Origin: Lama glama
Taxonomy: Eukaryota
Reading direction: 5' to 3'
Length of the DNA: 64,000 bases
Assembly (NCBI GenBank): GCA_028534125.1
Contig: CM052818.1
Location: 39,310,001-39,374,000, forward strand
Positions 58,741-64,000 of the stretch are shown in pieces. Under the pieces are notes generated by a model. It did not search any database. It saw only the letters and a list, made by a program, of their open reading frames with translations, and was not told the DNA's origin. A program made the position numbers and the translations under genes. Numbering within the stretch: position 1 is the stretch's first letter; each line of letters opens with the position of its first letter.

Positions 58741-61452
58741 GTGTCCGCGTCTGAGAGGCTGTTTCACATTCTCGTTTCTTCCTTCCAGGCCTGTGGCTGA
58801 TCAGCCAGCCCCTCTGTTGTCTCACTCAGCTCTCTGGCTGAACAAGGACTCTTTCTCTCCTCCGTGCTTCCCAGCCTCCTATTGTGGCCCTTGCTCCCAG
58901 ATGACCCACCCGCTATCAGTCCTCCACAGAATCCATTCTTTCAGGAAGCTGAACTCTACCAGAAGGCAGCAGATTCATACTAAGGGGTGAGTAACTAACG
59001 CCTAAGTGGAGTGATCCTGGGGCAAGGCCTCACGTAGCTCTCCTAGGAACATGTATATGTTTGGTAGGTTTGTTGATTCCTGAAGAGGACCCTTTGTTGA
59101 GTGAAGAATAGTTTCGTCACGTGAGTGTTTGTCCCCGTAATCCATGCAACATGTTACGTGTTTTCCTTACCATGAGGGGCAGAGTCCTGGAGCATGTGTC
59201 TGTGCTGTGGACCTGGAGGCCCAGGATGGGTTCTGGCTTCTTCACAGGTGGGGGCCCTCAGTGCAGGCCCACCCCTCATCCCAGCCAGGAGAGGCAGGAG
59301 CCAGTTTTCTCCCTCCCTCCTCAGCGGAGGGACCAGGACCAGAGCTCTTCCAGCTCTCCTGGCTCTTCTCCCCACCCGCTGCAACTCTGTGCGGCCTGGC
59401 CTTGTAAAAGCGGGATGGCTCGCGGGGCTAGGGCTGTTTTCAGCCGCTCTGACCAGACGGGTTGTCCCTGGGGGTGGATGGTGCCGGCCTGCAGGCCTAG
59501 TTGGCCTCATGGGAGTCGGGCTGGCTGGACGTGATGATGCCCAGAAAATCTTGGCACCAGACAGGCCACACTGACTGGCTTTAATGAATGATGACCTATG
59601 GTCTTCAGCTGTGGAGGGCTGGCGACGTGGGGGCGCTGCGGAGGAAGGCAGGGCTGGTGAGGTGTGGGCTCTGGGTTTGTCGGGGGGGCTGCCTCCTGAA
59701 CTGGGTGCAGGAGTCTCTTTCTGCAGAAGTCTTGAAGAAGGCGTGAGAAGCCCTGGTTCCTAGGCTGAGGGCTGGGAAGGCAAGCAGAGTCCTTGGTGGG
59801 TGGAGAAGTGGGCAGGGGCTGGGCTGGCTGGATCACCTCCTCCCAGGTAAGTCTCCCTTGGGATCGGTGGGTCCCTCCCCGCTGTCCTGTGTGCCTGGCC
59901 TGGGTTAAGCAGGCCATGTTAAGCCATGCTGCAGGGGAAGCTCATGGTGTAGGAGGAGGCTCTTCTCCTAGCGTGATCCACTGCAGTGATACATGAAATG
60001 CTTACTCCACCTCGTCATGGCCCTGAACTGGTGGCTGGGACAGAACAGACTGTGTGCAGTAGAAATAGAAGCAGAGGATGAAGAAGGGCATTACTGTCTG
60101 TCGAAGAGTTCGGGGAAAGCTTCCTGGAGGAGGTGGAGTTTGAGCAGGGCCTTGAGGGGCACATGGGTTTGTCTTAGAGGAAGGGTGCGGAGGCCACCCT
60201 GGCTGAGGAAATCCTGCAGGGCATCCGGGAAGTAGAGGGTGTGGGACGTGTAGGCCCTTCAAGAGCCTTTCCAGCACAGGAACATCACTATGGATCTCTA
60301 TCCTAACTGCTGCATCCTTGATTCTCTTCTCATCTTCAGTGCGGTCCGTCATGGGTCGTCAGTCATCGCAGTGAACTTCCTGGTCTTCCCTCTGTGCACC
60401 CCAGCTGCCCCGCCTCTTAGCTTTGCCTTGGTTCCCCTCTGCCTTGTAGGTTCTCCCGCCCTCATTGCTGAAATCCTACTGTCATGTCCAGACCCCAATC
60501 CCACCGTGTTCGTTAAACTTTCCTGGTTTCTCTCAGCCCTTCCCCCACACCAGAAACCTCCCTGAAGTCATTTAAAAACCTCCCTCCAGTTGCCACTCAG
60601 CAAACATTGGTTGAGCCTCCAGCTTGCTGGGCACGGGGGAGGTCTGTGTCCCCAGCCTGCAGAAGGTCACAGTCAGGGGACAGGCACACGCACTGACCAG
60701 TCCTTGCGCAGTGTGGCCAAGCCTGGTTCATAACGAGGTGCACCCCTGGCCATCTGAGGTCAGCTGAAGCCCCAGCCGCCTCTCCCAGTGTCTCCCAGTG
60801 TGAGCCCCGTTCCTTCCATCACTGGGCTGCAAGGGTCGCCCGTGTCTCAGGCGCAATTAGCCAGCCCCTCTTGCTTGGGTGTGGTCTTGTTTCCTGAAGT
60901 GTTATGTTAGTTCACTCTGGTTTTAGCAGAGCCCTTATTTGGAGCGCCCGGCTTCCTGGGATGAAGTGAAAAACTGCGGAGAGTCAGACCTGCCGGCCTC
61001 AGCGGCAACGCCATCAGAAACCAGATCGCGTTTCTGTTTCCCCATAAGCGCTGGGAATTGAACTATGTGCGGAAATACAATTCATAAATCCATGAACATT
61101 ATTTCCACTGTTCCTAGGCTTTAATTTCCAGAAACAAAATGTCAGTGTTATGGCTGAAATTCTCTTAGTTTTAGGAAACCCATCAAAACCCAGAATTGTT
61201 TATGCGTAGTTCCTATATTATATGACAAGAATGGTTTGGGGAGTAATGGAGGGTCACGGGATTGTGGTTGCACAGAAACAAGACAATCTGTGTGTGGTGA
61301 TCCGTTTTTTAGATTATCTAGATCCCAAGTCCTTACTCTCCCCCCACTGCCCCCCAGGAAAAGCCGAGGGAGCTGTGGGTCTTCTGGGAACCGGGGCTGC
61401 GGGTCACCTGCCTCCAGTCGTGCCAGAGCCTGTCACTCGGAGAGCCCTGCAC

Positions 61453-61655
61453 ACGTGTGCTGGTGTGTGTGTGTGTGTTTGTGTGAGAACGTGTGACTTT
61501 GAGTATGTGTGTATAAGTGAGTGTGAGTGTGGGAGACGGTGAGTGTGTATGTATGTGAAAATGTGGGTGTGTGAGCAGGTATGTATGAGTGTGTGGGTGT
61601 GAGTGGGTGTGTGAATGTGTGTGTGAGCGTGGGTGTGCACATGCGTGTGAGGTCA
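61453..61655. repeat. Degenerate (TG)n / GT-rich simple repeat
   Basis: gtgtgtgtgtgtgtttgtgtgag...gtgtgggtgtgagtgggtgtgtgaatgtgtgtgtgag. Confidence 0.9.
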
Positions 61656-64000
61656 GTGTGAGAAAGAACAAGGCTGAGGCGGGAGAAATGGCTCTGGTCC
61701 TGCTCCCCCACGTCCTGCCACTGTTTCCTCTCCCCTCAGTCTCCTCATGGGTAACCTGGGGTGCGTAACACCGACCTCAAAGGTCACCCGAGGGTCTTGT
61801 GATGTCGTGTAAAGAGCGGAGGAGAGGGCTCCCCTGTCTGCTGGGGAGCTGGAGGTACTTCCTGGAGCTGCCGTGTGTTAGGGCTGAGTGGGGTCCGTGG
61901 GTCTTTCCAGAGGCCAATGGATTCTGGGGTTTCTCAGGCGCTAGGAGCTCCTTCACCCACCTCTTTTCCTTCACCCCGATTATCGGGAAGCTGCTGTGCG
62001 CACAGCGGCTGGGCTGGGAAGGTGAGCTGTGCTGACATGTCTCCTCCTGCCGTGAGACCAGCTATTGGAAAAAAAAAACCCTCCGGGGCAGTTTTTACAG
62101 CCTCATTTTTGAGCAGAACATCAGTTCCAACCCATCTTTTTACACGATGCCCCCAAATGAACCATCTGCATTTGCTCAGGTCATTCCTGTACATTGCTCA
62201 GCCTTGCTGGAAGCCTTCATAAGGAGGGAAGCCAGAGCCACTTCTAGAAACAGCTCTTTCGGGATCCCGGGCGTCTGCAGCCCACAGTACCTGCGAGTTT
62301 CCCTCCCGAGGCTCTGGACGGGACTGTGTGCGTTCTGCTGGTGGAACACAACTGGGCAGGTGGTGGTGGGGCTGGGGATGCCCGGCCAGGGCCCCTCCCC
62401 AGGTACAGAGCCTGCTGTATGTCTGCCTCTGCAGAGATCCCCTTTTCAGACCCTTTCAAGGTTTTCAAATGGCAGAAATTGCAGCACTCAAGATTGTAAT
62501 TCGGATCATTTTGACTTAGTTTCGGCTCTCACTTCACAGAACGCAGATTCTACCTTCCTCAGTGGAGGTGTGTGCAGGCCCCTTTTGGGGAGGACAGAGC
62601 CCATTGTTCCAGAGGATGGCTTCTGTCCATGCTTGCAGCTGTCCTCACCCCCGTGCCCCCGCTTTTGGTAGGATATCTCTCTGCTGTAGGCACTCGACGC
62701 TTCAGAAATGGGAGAGGAGACCTTCTCACGGCAAGAACCCACCTTGGCCTCTGGCAGCGGTGCTCTGGTTGCGGGAGATTGATAAGAGTTCTTTCCAGAG
62801 CTGTGTCCCATCTCACCCTGACACACGCCCATCCTTTGGAGCCAGAGGCCCGGCAGGTGCGGCTGGCTGGGGCAGATGAGGAGAGGTTTCAGAGATCCCT
62901 TCCTGCCAGTCACAAGCTGTCCAGAGCACAACCGGAAAACCAAACAAGTCATGAAGGAATTGGTCCCTGAATGTCTTCATCTGTAGTAGACTGGTGGGAG
63001 GAGGAAGAAGAGAGAAACTTCCAAGTCACCGGGCTGCTGCTCACCTGCCCCGCGGGCCTCACCCTTGGCGACTGGGGTGAGTTGTTGCTTTGACAAGCAG
63101 ATGTGCACATGCAGCAGGAGTGGAAAGTCTGTCCCTTAAGATGTTCGGGGCTTCCTTGAGACACAGGCATGGCCAGCTCTGATGGAGGAGAAAGGGCAAA
63201 GTCACAGGGAACTTGCTTCATTTGTCTCATGAGTAACTGTGAGCAGGACTCTGAAAACCACTCCGTCGGACAGCAAGGACCCGCTGTGCTGAGCGCTGCC
63301 GAGGGCCCGGCGAGGCGCGCTCCTCCCGGCAGTGCTAGAATGCACAGTGGGCTTAACTAGCAGGAGAAACAGGGCTGTGTCTGAAGACATCTGTCCATGT
63401 TTGGGCAGTTTTGATTTATTGTTAATTTGGGGAGTCTGACTTCTCCTTGAAAAGCATGGAATGTGCATTTTTTAATAATTGCCATCAAAATTTTGCCCTG
63501 ATAAGGACTGTCTGGTTTCCTGGACACTGGGCAGCAGTAGTTTGGGGTCAGGAGATAGTCACCCTGCAAAACGTTTTCCCAAATGTTCTTTCAGCGGATT
63601 CCCCCAGATTCTTGTCAAGAGCAGGGTCAAGCTGCTTCCCAGCCCCAGATTTCTTCATCTTTAAAGACGTACTGGGGTCTGATGGAGGGAGATGGGTGCC
63701 TTTGGGTCTGGCGAGGACAGGGGATCCCTGCTGGACCACGGGGCAGTGTCGCGGAGCGTGCTTTCCTGGTGCTGTTCTGATATGATTTCCTCTAGTTGGA
63801 GGAACAGGGAGAGAGACAGTAGGGAGGTGGGGGCACATCTGTGTTCTATGAAAACTGACCCAGAACTCTTCACGCGGCGGGGTCCTCCTTCCCTTCCATC
63901 TTGCGGTTGGAATTGACAAAACGGGTTATTGAGTCATCCTCCTGATGGGCTTGTAGTGTCTGAACCTGTCCAGGGCCCCGAGGTGAACTGAGGCAGGATG

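Noticed and set aside
58433..58990. 185-aa ORF
   Set aside because: About half lies in an MLT1 LTR; not a credible gene.
61333..61711. His/Thr-rich ORFs
   Set aside because: Translations of the (CA)n-like simple repeat.
44600..64000. Dozens of overlapping 60-197 aa ORFs, e.g. 53305-53898, 51055-51591, 54871-55389, 62147-62671
   Set aside because: No recognisable domains, overlapping on both strands, Pro/Gly/Ser/Arg-rich; expected by chance in GC-rich noncoding DNA.

Overview
Mammalian genomic DNA, most likely camelid judging from the tRNA-derived Vic-1-like SINEs. The + strand carries the last 17 coding exons of WDR35/IFT121 (152-27064; 772 aa plus stop, all GT-AG introns, phases consistent) and then the complete three-exon TTC32 gene (33056-38036, 148 aa) with a CpG-island promoter. 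Between them, on the - strand, lies a decayed UBA52 (ubiquitin-eL40) retrocopy joined directly to an L1 ORF2 fragment and possibly retaining an intron end; this is the most unusual element in the window. After about 43.5 kb the DNA turns GC-rich and has no recognisable coding gene. It holds MaLR LTRs, MER5/MER94 DNA transposon relics, MIRs, CTCF-like motifs and an orphan CpG island near 56.3 kb. The many short ORFs there look like noise. Comparisons to human proteins and repeat consensuses are from memory, not from searches. I found no evidence of a wholly new biological system.
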